This document shows positions 33,118 to 47,600 of a stretch of DNA of 64,000 nucleotides, in pieces. Source of the stretch: Phyllobates terribilis. Lineage: Eukaryota. A program made the translations under genes and the position numbers. Location of the stretch: the NCBI RefSeq assembly GCF_046119375.1, contig NW_027362767.1, positions 203,670,001-203,734,000 on the forward strand, read 5' to 3'. Within the stretch, counting starts at the first letter, position 1. The number at the start of each line of letters is the position of its first letter. The notes under the pieces are model-generated. The model did no database searches, was not told where the DNA came from, and saw only the letters and a program-made list of their open reading frames with translations.

Positions 33118-36100
33118 TAGTGTTGAGCATTCCGATACTGAAATATCGGGTATTGACCGATATTCGCGGTATCGGAGTTCCGATACTGAGTTCCGATACT
33201 TTTACAATATCGAATACCGGAATCGAAAGTTCACATAATGCCTGCGCTCTGCAGTGTCTCTGAAGGATGACAAGCTGGATGGCAGCGCTCAGCTGCGATC
33301 CAGCCTGTCATCAGAATGCCATCCCAGCGTGGGAGAATTCTCCTGCTCAAGCGCTGACATTACATTATCTCCCTTACATTACAATTAAATGGAATAGCAG
33401 GAATTAATATTTTTTTAAGACGTTAATGCCACAGCCATGGTGGTTGTGGTATTACAGTGGTTGCCCAAATCGATGGGAACAGTGCTCACAGTGAAACATG
33501 AAAAGCCAGCAATTCATCAGCGGCATATACCGGTAACCGACAATTTAGAACAGAAAGAATAGAGCTTCACACATAGATTAGTTAGATAGAAACATGTCAG
33601 TCACATATATAAGAAGTACAGTGACAGTGTTGCTTACTGTACTTGTCATTTAGTGTTAAAGGATTTATTTAAAAAATAATAGTGTTTTCATGCACCGTCT
33701 CTTTAAAAAAGCCGGCCGGCAATTCAGCATCTGTACCCGACAATTTAGAACAGAAAGATAGAGCGTCACACATAGATTAGATAGATAGAAACATGTCAGT
33801 CACATATATATGAAGTACAGTGACAGTGTTGATTACTATACTTGTCATTTAGTGTTAAAATAAAGGATTTCTTAAAAAAAAAATTGGCGTGGGGATCCCC
33901 GTAATTTTAGTCTCTAGCGGAAGTTAAGCAGACGGCTGGGGCAGATGTTTGAAGCCTGAGAAGGGGGTAATACCCATGGAGCTTCCCAGGCTACTAATAT
34001 CAGCCCCCAGCTGAATACCTAGCCTTTACTAGTTATTAAAATGGGGGACCCCCAAAAAAATGACGTGGGGTCCCCCCTATTTTAATAGCTAGCAAAGGCT
34101 AGGTAGACAGCTGGGGGCTGATATTAATAGCCCAGGAAGGGTGCCATGAATATTGGCCCCCTCCCAGGCTAGAAACACCAGCCATCAGCCGCCCCAGAAA
34201 TGGCGCATCCATAGGATGCGCCAATTCTGGCACTTAGCCTCGCTCTTCTCACTGCCCTGTAGCGGTGGCAGTGGGGTAATAGGGCTGGGGTTGATGTCAG
34301 CTTATAATGCCAGCTGACATCAAGCCCAGGTTAGTAATGGAGAGGCGTCTATAAGACACCCCCATTACTAACTCCATAGTCAAAGTAAAAAAAAAACACA
34401 AACACCCAGAATAAAGTCCTTTAATTGAAATAAACACACAATTCTTTATTGTTCTAAATTAAACCATACTTACAATCACGCCCATTCCCGCTGAGCCAAT
34501 GTTTTCTGCAATAAAAGTAAAATAATAAAGCAACATCATTCTTACCTTTCCATGGTTCCCAGGACCAATCCAGCTCTGCTACATTCACATGACAAGCTGG
34601 ATCGCAGCAGAAAGCTGCCATCCAGCCTGTCATGCCGCAGACAGACACTGAGAAGCACAGGCATGCTTGCGCTTCTCACTGTCAGGCTGTGACGGCATCC
34701 AGATGAGCTGACAATGAACTCAGCTCACCTCATGCACGTCACTGACAGCGTGGGAGAATTCTCCTGCGCATGCGGTGAGCGTGAGAGACTCGGCTCATCT
34801 GGATACCGTCACAGCCTGACACTGAGGAGCGGAAGCATGCCTGCGCTTCTCAGTGTCTGCCTGCGGCATGACAGGGTGGATGGCAGCGTTCTGGAACGGG
34901 TCCAGCCTGTCATCTCGATGTAGCAGAGCTGAAGCTGTCCTGGGAACCATGGAAAGGTAAGGATGAGGTTGCTTTATTATTTTTCTTTTATTGCAGGAGA
35001 TCGTTGGCTTCAGCTGGAATGGGCGTGACGGTAAGTATGGTTTAATTTAGAACAATAAAGAATTGTGTGTTTATTTCAATTAAAGGACTTTTTTCTGGGT
35101 GTTGTGTTTTTTTTAAATACTTTACTAGAAATTCATGGTGGTCATGTCTAATATTGGCGTGACCCCATGAATTTCGGGCTTAGGGCCAGCTGATAATGCC
35201 AAGCTGGCCTTAACCCCTTTATTACCCAGTGAGACACCGCACCAGGGCCCTGGATGAGCTGGATACAGCGCCAGAAGATGGCGCTTCTATGAACGCGCCA
35301 TTTTCCGGGGTGGCTGCGGACTGCAATTTGCAGCGGGGGGGCCCAGAAAGCTTGGGCCTCCCTGCGCTGCAGATTCCAGCCCCCAGCTGCCTAGTTGTAC
35401 CTGGCTGGACACAAAAATAGGGCGAAGCCCCACGTATTTTTTTTTTTTAATTAGTTCATGAAATTCATGAACTAATTAAGAAAAAAAGGGCTTCCCTATA
35501 TTGTTGTGTCCAACCAGGTACAAATAGGCAACTGGTGGTTGGGGGCAGCCCGTTCCTGCCTGCTGTACCTGGCTGGATACAAATATAGTGCGAAGACCCA
35601 CGGCAATTTTTTTTTAATTATTCCCCCCCCCCCCGCTGCAAATTGCAGTCCGCAGCCACCCTGGAAAATGGCGCGTTCTTAGAAGCGCCATCTTCTGGCG
35701 CTGTACCCAACTCATCCAGGGCCCTGGTGCGGTGGCTCACTGGGTAATAAAGGGGTTAGGGCCAGCTTGGCATTATCAGCTGGCCCTAAGCCCGAAATTT
35801 ATTGGGGTCACGCCAATATTAAACATGACCACCATGAATTTCTAGTAAAGTATTTAAAAAAAAACACAACACCCAGAATAAAGTCCTTTAATTGAAATAA
35901 AGACACAATTCTTTATTGTTCTAAATTAAACCATACTTACAGTCACGCCCATTCCAGCTGAAGCCAACGATCTCCTGCAATAAAAGTAAAATAATAAAGC
36001 AACCTCATCCTTACCTTTCCATGGTTCCCACGACAGCTTCAGCTCTGCTACATCGAGATGACAGGCTGGACCGCAGCAGAACGCTGCCATCCAGCCTGTC

Positions 36101-37510
36101 ATCCCGCAGACACTGAGAAGCGCAGGCATGCTTGCGCTCCTCAGTATCTGGCTGAGACGGCATCCAGATGAGCCGAGTCTCTCACGCTCACCGCATGCGC
36201 AGGAGAATTTTCCCACGCTGTCAGTGACGTGCATGTGAGCTGAGTTCATTGTCGGCTCATCTGGATGCCGTCACAGCCAGACACTGAGGAGCGAAAGCAT
36301 GCCTGCGCTTCTCAGTGTCTGCGGCATGGCAAGCTGGATGGCAGCTTTCGGCTGTGATCCAGCCTGTCATCTCGATGTAGCAGAGCTGAAGCCGTCCTGG
36401 GAACCATGGGAAGGTAAGGATGAGGTTGCTTTATTATTTTTCTTTTATTACAGAAGACATTGGCTTCAGCTGGAATGGGCGTGATGGTAAGTATGGTTTA
36501 ATTTAGAACAATAAAGAATTGTGTGTTTATTTCAATTAAAGGACTTTATTCTGGGTGTTTGTGTTTTTTTTTAACTTTGACTATGGGGTTAGTAATGGGG
36601 GTGTCTTATAGACGCCTCTCCATTACTAACCTGGGCTTGATGTCAGCTGGCATTATAAGCTAACATCAACCCCAACCCTATTACCCTACTGCCACCGCTA
36701 CAGGGCAGTGGGAAGAGCGAGGCTAAGTGCCAGAATTGGCGCATCCTATGGATCCTTCTGGCTGATAGCTGGTGTTTCTAGCTTGGGAGGGGGCCAATAT
36801 TCATGGCTCCCTTCCTGGGCTATTAATATCAGCCCCCAGCTGTCTGCCTAGCCTTTGCTAGCTATTAAAATAGGGGGGACCCCACGTCATTTTTTTGGGG
36901 GGTCCCCCATTTTAATAGCTAGTAAAGGCTAGGTATTCAGCTGGGGGCTGATATTAGTAGCCTGGGAAGCTCCGTGGGTATTACCCCCTTCCCAGGCTTC
37001 AAACATCTGCCCCAGCCATCTGCTTAACCTCCGCTAGAGACTAAAATTACGGGGAACCCCACGCCAATTTTTTTTTTAATAAATCCTTTATTTTGGCACT
37101 AAATGACAAGTACAGTAACCAACACTATCACTGTACTTCATATATATGTGACTGACATGTTTCTATCTATCTAATCTATGTGTGATGCTCTATTCTTTCT
37201 GTTATAAATTGTCGGGTACAGGTGTATGCCGCTGATGAATTGCCGGCTTTTCATGTTTCACTGTGAGCACTGTTCCCATCGATTTGGGCAATCACCTCCC
37301 CGAATAAATCCTACATTATTCTTAGTTGTTTTACTTCATGTAGAATTAACCTACAAGGAAAGAAAGGGTTTATTCATTCTGATATTTGTGTCCCGTTGAC
37401 TTGCATTGGTTTCCAGTATCGGAATCGGCGATATCCGATATTTTTTGGGTATCAGCCCGATCCAATCCGATCCGATATTTCCTGATATCGGAAGGTATCG
37501 CTCAACACTA
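33118..37510. mobile_element. Non-autonomous hAT element, 4393 bp, 8-bp TSD CTCATGGC
   Basis: CTCATGGC|TAGTGTTGAGC ... GCTCAACACTA|CTCATGGC. Subterminal arrays of CCGATA/TATCGG motifs. No transposase. Confidence 0.92.
33457..37295. repeat. 3.8-kb nested inverted-repeat (foldback) module inside the hAT shell
   Basis: The outer arm GTGGTTGCCCAAATCGATGGG pairs with CCCATCGATTTGGGCAATCAC. Inner hairpins are centred near 34770, 35620 and 36220. Confidence 0.88.
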
Positions 37511-37519
37511 CTCATGGCC

Positions 37520-37897
37520 TTAGAGGGGTTTGGCTCAAGTCTGCAGCCACACTATGTGACTGCAAACTTGTGAATCCTCTCAGTGCGCACAGTTCATGCT
37601 GTGAGGATTCTCTCAGGAGCGGACGGTCATGTGACCACAAGCATGTGATTTTCATACTTTCAGCCACACAACTAGACATTGCCAGCCTCACTCAATCCTC
37701 TTGTATTCCGTAAGGCTGAGTGCATGTGATTCTATACAAGCAAATCACATGCTTGCAAGTCACACGCCCGCTCGCTCCCAGTGCAGGCACCGGAGAATTC
37801 TAACGGTGTGCACTGTGCGCGCTTGTGAGGATTCACAAGTCTGCAGCTACATAGAGGAACTCCAGATTGGAACCCCAAGCCTTGACAACCCCTTTAA
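37520..37897. mobile_element. Kolobok/T2-type MITE (same family as 32661-33047)
   Basis: Palindromic interior (AGTCTGCAGCCAC.../CAAGTCTGCAGC; GTGAGGATTC / GAATCCTC). Ends GACAACCCCTTTAA. Confidence 0.65.
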
Positions 37898-38499
37898 CTA
37901 TAGTGTTCTGTGTGGAATAGACAGTAGGAGGGGTAATATAGCAGAAGTTTTGGGAACTCAGGGACTAAGTGAAAGGCACTCAATTGTCAGAGTGTGGTGA
38001 GAGCGTCCTGTGGTGGCAATGCCCAGAGGATGCATCGGAGAGGGAAAGTGAGAGACAGACAACCCTTGGATGGTGACAGGGGGACAAAACCACTGGCGAT
38101 TCAGGAAACAATGACAGAGGGAGTGTCGGGGCCATTTAGGGCAGGGTTTGTGTCAAAGAAGTAGAGCACTAAAGGGAAGGTAAGAAATTGACACCCAACA
38201 TGTAGCTGGAAACTTAGCAAGTGGTGTACATTGTCATCCAAGAGGAACATTAATGTCACTGTTGTACTCAACAGAATCCATGATGTCTGTCATAGGGCAT
38301 TTACCAGTAACAACATTCTGAAAATTATGGTGCGGGTAAAGGATGATGACATTATGGCATTGTTAGAGAAATAGTCATCTGGCACAACCAGAAATGAAGA
38401 AATCATTAGCAGGTTATTTTGTCCATTTTAAGTTCTGATTCACTGTGACAATTCTACGTCCCTAGACCTCCATATTCCAGTCTTACCCACAGTCTAACA

Positions 38500-38684
38500 T
38501 TTTGTAGCGGTCTTTTGCGGCCAGCAGCTGACGTCGGCGTGCACGAGATCGGGGCAGTGGCAGTGACGTCATGTGCTCCCATTGCTTGCACGCTGAAGTC
38601 AGCTGCGGGCTGCAGTAGAGGACACCGCACGGCGGAGGACCGCAGGGAAGGTGAGAAATTATTTATTTTTTTTAAATCAGTGAG
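38500..38684 (+). other. CpG-rich leader abutting the satellite, resembling the internal part of a non-autonomous DNA transposon
   Basis: GC/CpG-rich segment (TGACGTC motifs), then GGAAG|GTGAG and a T-run, then the first monomer. No terminus was identified. Confidence 0.4.
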
Positions 38685-41600
38685 TACTGCATGGATGACT
38701 ATGGGCTGTGCATTATACTACATAGATGACTATGGGCTGTGCATTATACTACATGGATGACTATGGACTGTGCATTATACTACATGGATGACTATGGGCT
38801 GTGCATTATACAACATGGATGACTATGGACTGTGCATTATACTACATGGATGATTATGGTCTGTGCAATATACTACATGGATGACTATGGGCTGTGCATT
38901 ATACAACATGGATGACTATGGACTGTGCATTATACTACATGGATGATTATGGTCTGTGCAATATACTACATGGATGACTATGGGCTGTGCATTATACTAC
39001 ATGGATGACTATGGGCTGTGCATTATACTACATGGATGACTATGGGCTGTGCATTATACTACATGGATGACTATGGGCTGTGCATTATACTACATGGATG
39101 ACTATGGGCTGTGCATTATACTACATGGATGACTATGGGCTGTGCATTATACTACATGGATGACTATGGGCTGTGCATTTTACTACATGGATGACTATGG
39201 GCTGTGCATTATACTACATGGATGACTATGGGCTGTGCATTATACTACATGGATGACTATGGGCTGTGCATTATACTACATGGATGACTATGGGCTGTGC
39301 ATTTTACTACATGGATGACTATGGGCTGTGCATTATACTACATGGAGGACTATGGGCTGTGCATTTTACTACATGGATGACTATGGGCTGTGCATTATAC
39401 TACATGGATAACTATGGGCTGTGCATTATACTACATGGATGACTATGGGCTGTGCATTATACTACATGGATGACTATGGGCTGTGCATTATACTACATGG
39501 ATGACTATGGGCTGTGCATTATACTACATGGATGACTATGGACTGTGCATTATACTACATGGATGACTATGAGCTGTGCATTATACTACATGGATGACTA
39601 TGGGCTGTGCATTATACTACATGGATGACTATGGGCTGTGCATTATACTACATGGATGACTATGGGCTGTGCATTATACTACATGGATGACTATGGGCTG
39701 TGCATTTTACTACATGGATGACTATGGGCTGTGCATTATACTACATGGATGACTATGGGCTGTGCATTATACTACATGGATGACTATGGGCTGTGCATTT
39801 TACTACATGGATGATTATGGGATGTGCATTATACAACATGGATGACTATGGGCTGTGCATTATACAACATGGATGACTATGGGCTGTGCATTATACTACA
39901 TGCATGACTATGGGCTGTGCATTATACTACATGGATGACTATGAGCTGTGCATTATACTACATGGATGATTACGGTCTGTGCAATATACTACATGGATGA
40001 CTATGAGCTGTGCATTATACTACATGGTTGACTATGAGCTGAGCATTATACTACATGGATGACTATGAGCTGTGCATTATACTACATGGATGACTATGGG
40101 CTGTGCATTATACAACATGGATGACTATGGACTGTGCATTATACTACATGGATGACTATGGGCTGTGCATTATACTACATGGATGACTATAGGCTGTGCA
40201 TTATACTACATGGATGACTATGAGCTGTGCATTATACTACATGGATGACTATGGGCTGTGCATTATACTATATGGATGACTATGGGCTGTGCATTATACT
40301 ACATGGATGACTATGGGCTGTGCATTATACTACATGGATGACTATGGGATGTGCATTATACAACATGGATGACTATGGACTGTGCATTATACTACATGGA
40401 TGATTATGGTCTGTGCAATATACTACATGGATGACTATGAGCTGTGCATTATACAACATGGATGACTATGGACTGTGCATTATACTACATGGATGATTAT
40501 GGTCTGTGCAATATACTACATGGATGACTATGGGCTGTGCATTATACAACATGGATGACTATGGACTGTGCATTATACTACATGGATGATTATGGTCTGT
40601 GCAATATACTACATGGATGACTATGGGCTGTGCATTATACAACATGGATGACTATGGACTGTGCATTATACTACATGGATGATTATGGTCTGTGCAATAT
40701 ACTACATGGATGACTATGGGCTGTGCATTATACAACATGGATGACTATGGGCTGTGCATTATACTACATGGATGACTATGGACTGTGCATTACACTACAT
40801 GGATGACTATGGACTGTGCATCATATTACATGGATGATTATGGTCTGTGCATTATACTACATGGATGACTATGGGCTGTGCATTATACAACATGGATGAC
40901 TATGGACTGTGCATTATACTACATGGATGGCTATGGGCTGTGCATTATACTACATGGATGACTATGGGCTGTGCATTATACTACATGGATGACTATGGGC
41001 TGTGCATTATACTATATGGATGACTATGGGCTGTGCATTATACTACATGGATGACTATGGGCTGTGCATTATACTACATGGATGACTATGGGCTGTGCAT
41101 TATACAACATGGATGACTATGGACTGTGCATTATACTACATGGATGATTATGGTCTGTGCAATATACTACATGGATGACTATGAGCTGTGCATTATACTA
41201 CATGGATTATTATGGGCTGTGCATTATACTACATGGATGACTATGGGTTGTGCATTATACTACATGGATGACTATGGGCTGTGCATTATACTATATGGGT
41301 GACTATGAGCTGTGCATTATACTACATGGATGACTATGGGCTGTGCATTATACAACATGGATGACTATGGACTGTGCATTATACTACATGGATGACTATG
41401 GGCTGTGCATTATACTACATGGATGACTATGGGCTGTGCATTATACTACATGGATGACTATGGGCTGTGCATTATACTACATGGATGACTATGGGCTGTG
41501 CATTATACTACATGGATGACTATGGGCTGTGCATTATACTACATGGATGACTATGGGCTGTGCATTATACTACATGGATGACTATGGGCTGTGCATTATA

Positions 41601-44600
41601 CTACATGGATGACTATGGGCTATGCATTATACTACATGCATGACTATGGGCTGTGCATTATAATACATGGATGACTATGGGCTGTGCATTATACTACATG
41701 GATGACTATGGACTGTGCATTATACTACATGGATGACTATGGGCTGTGCATTATACTACATGGATGACTATCGGCTGTGCATTATACTACATGGATGACT
41801 ATGGGCTGTGCATTATACTACATGGATGACTATGGGCTATGCATTATACTACATGCATGACTATGGGCTGTGCATTATAATACATGGATGACTATGGGCT
41901 GTGCATTATACTACATGGATGACTATGGGCTATGCATTATACTACATGCATGACTATGGGCTGTGCATTATAATACATGGATGACTATGGGCTGTGCATT
42001 ATAATACATGGATGACTATGGGCTGTGCATTATACTACATGGATGACTATGTGCTGTGCATTATACTACATGGATGACTATGGGCTGTGCATTATACTAC
42101 ATGGATGACTATGGGCTGTGCATTATACTACATGGATGACTATGGGCTGTGCATTATACTACATGGATGACTATGGGCTGTGCATTATACTACATGGATG
42201 ACTATGGGCTGTGCATTATACTACATGGATGACTATGGGCTATGCATTATACTACATGCATGACTATGGGCTGTGCATTATACTACATGGATGACTATGG
42301 GCTGTGCATTATACTACATGGATGACTATGGGCTATGCATTATACTACATGCATGACTATGGGCTGTGCATTATAATACATGGATGACTATGGGCTGTGC
42401 ATTATACTACATGGATGACTATGGACTGTGCATTATACTACATGTATGACTATGGGCTGTGCAATATACTACATGGATGACTATGAGCTGTGCATTATAC
42501 TACATGGATGACTATGGGCTGTGCATTATACTACATGGATGACTATGAGCTGTGCATTATACTACATGGATGATTATGGTCTGTGCAATATACTACATGG
42601 ATGACTATGAGCTGTGCATTATACTACATGGATGACTATGGGCTGTGCATTATACTACATGGGTGACTATGAGCTGAGCATTATACTACATGGATGACTA
42701 TGAGCTGTGCATTATACTATATGAATGACTATGGGCTGTGCATTATACTACATGGATGACTATGGGCTGTGCATTATACTACATGGATGACTATGGGCTG
42801 TGCATTATACAACATGGATGACTATGGACTGTGCATTATACTACATGGATGACTATGGGCTGTGCATTATACTACATGGATGACTATGGGCTGTGCATTA
42901 TACTACATGGATGACTATGGGCTGTGCATTATACTACATGGATGACTATGGGCTATGCATTATACTACATGGATGACTATGGGCTGTGCATTATACAACA
43001 TGGATGACTATGGGCTGTGCATTATACTACATGCATGACTATGGGCTGTGCATTATACTACATGGATGATTATGGTCTGTGCAATATACTACATGGATGA
43101 CTATGAGCTATGCATTATACTACATGGATGACTATGGGCTGTGCATTATACTACATGGGTGACTATGAGCTGAGCATTATACTACATGGATGACTATGAG
43201 CTGTGCATTATACTACATGGATGACTATGGGCTGTGCATTATACAACATGGATGACTATGGGCTGTGCATTATACTACTATGTATGACTATGGGCTGTGC
43301 ATTATACTACATGGATGACTATGGGCCGTGCATTATACTACATGAATGACTATGGTCTGTGCAATATACTACATGGAGGACTGTGGGCTGTGCATTATAC
43401 TACATGGATGATTATGGTCTGTGCAATATACTACATGGAGGACTGTGGACTGTGCATTATACTACATGGATGACTATGGGCTGTGCATTATACTACATGG
43501 ATGACTATGGGCTGTGCATTATACTACATGGATGACTATGGGCTGTGCATTATACTACATAGATGACTATGGGCTGTGCATTATACTACATGGATGACTA
43601 TGAGCTGTGCATTATTCTACATGGATGACTATGGGCTGTGCATTATACTACATGGATGACTATGAGCAGTGCATTATACTACATGGATGACTATGGGCTG
43701 TGCATTATACTACATGGATGACTATGAGCTGTGCATTATACTACATGGATGACTATGGGCTGTGCATTATACTACATGGATGACTATGAGCTGTGCATTA
43801 TTCTACATGGATGACTATGGGCTGTGCATTATACTACATGGATGACTATGAGCTGTGCATTATACTACATGGATGACTATGGGCTGTGCATTATACTACA
43901 TGGATGACTATGAGCTGTGCATTATACTACATGGGTGACTATGGGCTGTGCATTATACTACATGGATGACTATGAGCTGTGCATTATACTACATGGATGA
44001 CTATGGGCTGTGCATTATACTACATGGATGACTATGGGCTGTGCATTATACTACATGGATGACTATGGGCTGTGCATTATACTACATGGATGACTGGGCT
44101 GTGCATTATACTACATGGATGACTATGGGCTGTGCATTATACAACATGGATGACTATGGGCTGTGCATTATACTACATGGATGACTATGGGCTGTGCATT
44201 ATACAACATGGGTGACTATGGGCTGTGCATTATACTACATGGATGACTATGGTCTGTGCATTATACTACATGGATGACTATGGGCTGTGCATTATACTAC
44301 ATGGTTGATTATGGGTTGTGCATTATACTACATGGATGACTATGGTCTGAGCATTATACAACATGGATGACTATGGGCTGTGCATTATACTACATGGATG
44401 ACTATGGGCTATGCATTATACTACATGCATGACTATGGGCTGTGCATTATAATACATGGATGACTATGGGCTGTGCATTATACTACATGGATGACTATGG
44501 ACTGTGCATTATACTACATGTATGACTATGGGCTGTGCAATATACTACATGGATGACTATGAGCTGTGCATTATACTACATGGATGACTATGGGCTGTGC

Positions 44601-47600
44601 ATTATACTACATGGATGACTATGAGCTGTGCATTATACTACATGGATGATTATGGTCTGTGCAATATACTACATGGATGACTATGAGCTGTGCATTATAC
44701 TACATGGATGACTATGGGCTGTGCATTATACTACATGGGTGACTATGAGCTGAGCATTATACTACATGGATGACTATGAGCTGTGCATTATACTATATGA
44801 ATGACTATGGGCTGTGCATTATACTACATGGATGACTATGGGCTGTGCATTATACTACATGGATGACTATGGGCTGTGCATTATACAACATGGATGACTA
44901 TGGACTGTGCATTATACTACATGGATGACTATGGGCTGTGCATTATACTACATGGATGACTATGAGCTGTGCATTATATTACATGGATGACTATGAGCTG
45001 TGCATTATACTACATGGATGACTATGGGCTGTGCATTATACTACATGGATGACTATGGGCTGTGCATTATACTACATGGATGACTATGGGCTATGCATTA
45101 TACTACATGGATGACTATGGGCTGTGCATTATACAACATGGATGACTATGGGCTGTGCATTATACTACATGCATGACTATGGGCTGTGCATTATACTACA
45201 TGGATGACTATGGTCTGTGCAATATACTACATGGATGACTATGAGCTATGCATTATACTACATGGATGACTATGGGCTGTGCATTATACTACATGGGTGA
45301 CTATGAGCTGAGCATTATACTACATGGATGACTATGGGCTGTGCATTATACAACATGGATGACTATGGGCTGTGCATTATACTACTATGTATGGCTATGG
45401 GCTGTGCATTATACTACATGGATGACTATGGGCCGTGCATTATACTACATGAATGACTATGGTCTGTGCAATATACTACATGGAGGACTGTGGGCTGTGC
45501 ATTATACTACATGGATGATTATGGTCTGTGCAATATACTACATGGAGGACTGTGGACTGTGCATTATACTACATGGATGACTATGGGCTGTGCATTATAC
45601 TACATGGATGACTATGGGCTGTGCATTATACTACATGGATGACTATGGGCTGTGCATTATACTACATAGATGACTATGGGCTGTGCATTATACTACATGG
45701 ATGACTATGAGCTGTGCATTATTCTACATGGATGACTATGGGCTGTGCATTATACTACATGGATGACTATGAGCAGTGCATTATACTACATGGATGACGA
45801 TGGGCTGTGCATTATACTACATGGATGACTATGAGCTGTGCATTATACTACATGGATGACTATGGGCTGTGCATTATACTACATGGATGACTATGAGCTG
45901 TGCATTATTCTACATGGATGACTATGGGCTGTGCATTATACTACATGGATGACTATGAGCTGTGCATTATACTACATGGATGACTATGGGCTGTGCATTA
46001 TACTACATGGATGACTATGAGCTGTGCATTATACTACATGGGTGACTATGGGCTGTGCATTATACTACATGGATGACTATGAGCTGTGCATTATACTACA
46101 TGGATGACTATGGGCTGTGCATTATACTACATGGATGACTATGGGCTGTGCATTATACTACATGGATGACTATGGGCTGTGCATTATACTACATGGATGA
46201 CTGGGCTGTGCATTATACTACATGGATGACTATGGGCTGTGCATTATACAACATGGATGACTATGGGCTGTGCATTATACTACATGGATGACTATGGGCT
46301 GTGCATTATACAACATGGGTGACTATGGGCTGTGCATTATACTACATGGATGACTATGGTCTGTGCATTATACTACATGGATGACTATGGGCTGTGCATT
46401 ATACTACATGGTTGATTATGGGTTGTGCATTATACTACATGGATGACTATGGTCTGAGCATTATACAACATGGATGACTATGGGCTGTGCATTATACTAC
46501 ATGGATGACTATGGTCTGTGCATTATACTACATGGTTGATTATGGGTTGTGCATTATACTACATGGATGACTATGGTCTGTGCATTATACTACATGGTTG
46601 ATTATGGGTTGTGCATTATAAAACATGGATGACTATGGGCTGTGCATTATACTATATGGATGACTAAGCGCTATGCATTATACTACATGGATGACTATGG
46701 GCTGTGCATAATACTACATGGATGACTATGGGCTGTGCATTATACTACATAGATGACTATGGGCTGTGCATTATACTACATGAATGACTATGGTCTGTGC
46801 AATATACTACATTGGATGACTATGGGCTGTGCATTATACTACATGGATGACTATGGGCTGTGCATTGTACCACATGGATGACTATGGACTGTGCATTATA
46901 CTACATGGATAACTATGGGTTGTGCATTATACTACATGGATGACTATGGGCTGTGCATTATACAACATGGATGACTATGGACTGTGCATTATACTACATG
47001 GATGATTATGGTCTGTGCAATATACTACATGGATGACTATGAGCTGTGCATTATACAACATGGATGACTATGGACTGTGCATTATACTACATGGATGATT
47101 ATGGTCTGTGCAATATACTACATGGATGACTATGGGCTGTGCATTATACAACATGGATGACTATGGACTGTGCATTATACTACATGGATGATTATGGTCT
47201 GTGCAATATACTACATGGATGACTATGGGCTGTGCATTATACAACATGGATGACTATGGACTGTGCATTATACTACATGGATGATTATGGTCTGTGCAAT
47301 ATACTACATGGATGACTATGGGCTGTGCATTATACAACATGGATGACTATGGGCTGTGCATTATACTACATGCATGACTATGGGCTGTGCATTATACAAC
47401 ATGGATGACTATGGACTGTGCATTACACTACATGGATGACTATGGACTGTGCATCATATTACATGGATGATTATGGTCTGTGCATTATACTACATGGATG
47501 ACTATTGGCTGTGCATTATACAACATGGATGACTATGGACTGTGCATTATACTACATGGATGACTATGTGCTGTGCATTATACTACATGGATGACTATGG

